Positions 63,716-64,000 of a DNA stretch of 64,000 nucleotides are shown piece after piece. Position numbers and translations under genes: made by a program. Source of the stretch: Octopus sinensis (Eukaryota); NCBI RefSeq assembly GCF_006345805.1, contig NC_043002.1, forward strand, positions 110,360,001 to 110,424,000, given 5' to 3'. Within the stretch, counting starts at the first letter, position 1; each line of letters opens with the position of its first letter. Under the pieces are notes generated by a model. It made no database searches and was not told where the DNA came from. It saw only the letters and a list, made by a program, of their open reading frames with translations.

Positions 63716-64000
63716 GCCGTTGCCAGCGCCGCCTTGGCTGGCTTCCGTGCCGGTGGCACGTTAAAAGCTCCAACCAATTGTGGCCGATGCCGCACCCCCC
63801 ACCTGGCACCTGTGCAGGTGGCACGTAAAAAGCACCCACTATACTCGCGGAGTGGTTGGCGTTAGGAAGGGCATCCAGCTGTAGAAACTCTGCAAGATCA
63901 GACTGGAGCCTGGTGCAGCCCCTGGCTTCCCAGACCCAGTCGAACCGTCCAACCCATGCTAGCGCGGAAAACAGACGTTAAACAATGATGATGATGATGT
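63716..64000 (+). mobile_element. RTE-type 3' tail
   Basis: Shared motifs; (GAT)n at the window end. Confidence 0.8.

Overview
Eukaryotic, AT-rich, repeat-saturated DNA, most likely from a coleoid cephalopod (Octopus). This is inferred from the tRNA-Arg-derived SINE families, abundant RTE 3' tails and extreme (TA)n/(CA)n/(ATGT)n/(TAA)n content. No host protein-coding gene can be supported. The long ORFs in the track are microsatellite artefacts or decayed transposon frames (RTE, R4/Dong-like, CR1/Jockey-like, Penelope-like, Ty3/Gypsy, mariner, hAT). Notable structure: (1) a 7.6 kb 96/54-bp satellite in which one SINE insertion was amplified into a 2.3-3.0 kb higher-order repeat; (2) 16 minimal type-I hammerhead ribozyme motifs found by eye, from about 11 unrelated sequence families, mostly with a palindromic helix III, and in four cases arranged head-to-head as inverted repeats, two of them next to Penelope-like GIY-YIG remnants; (3) a structurally intact tRNA with a Val-type body, an ACC anticodon and a Pol III terminator; (4) four ~400 bp non-autonomous Helitrons with an exchangeable internal cassette. 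All folding and homology calls were made by eye, without tools. Coordinates of decayed elements are approximate, and parts of the window look like imperfectly polished long-read consensus.
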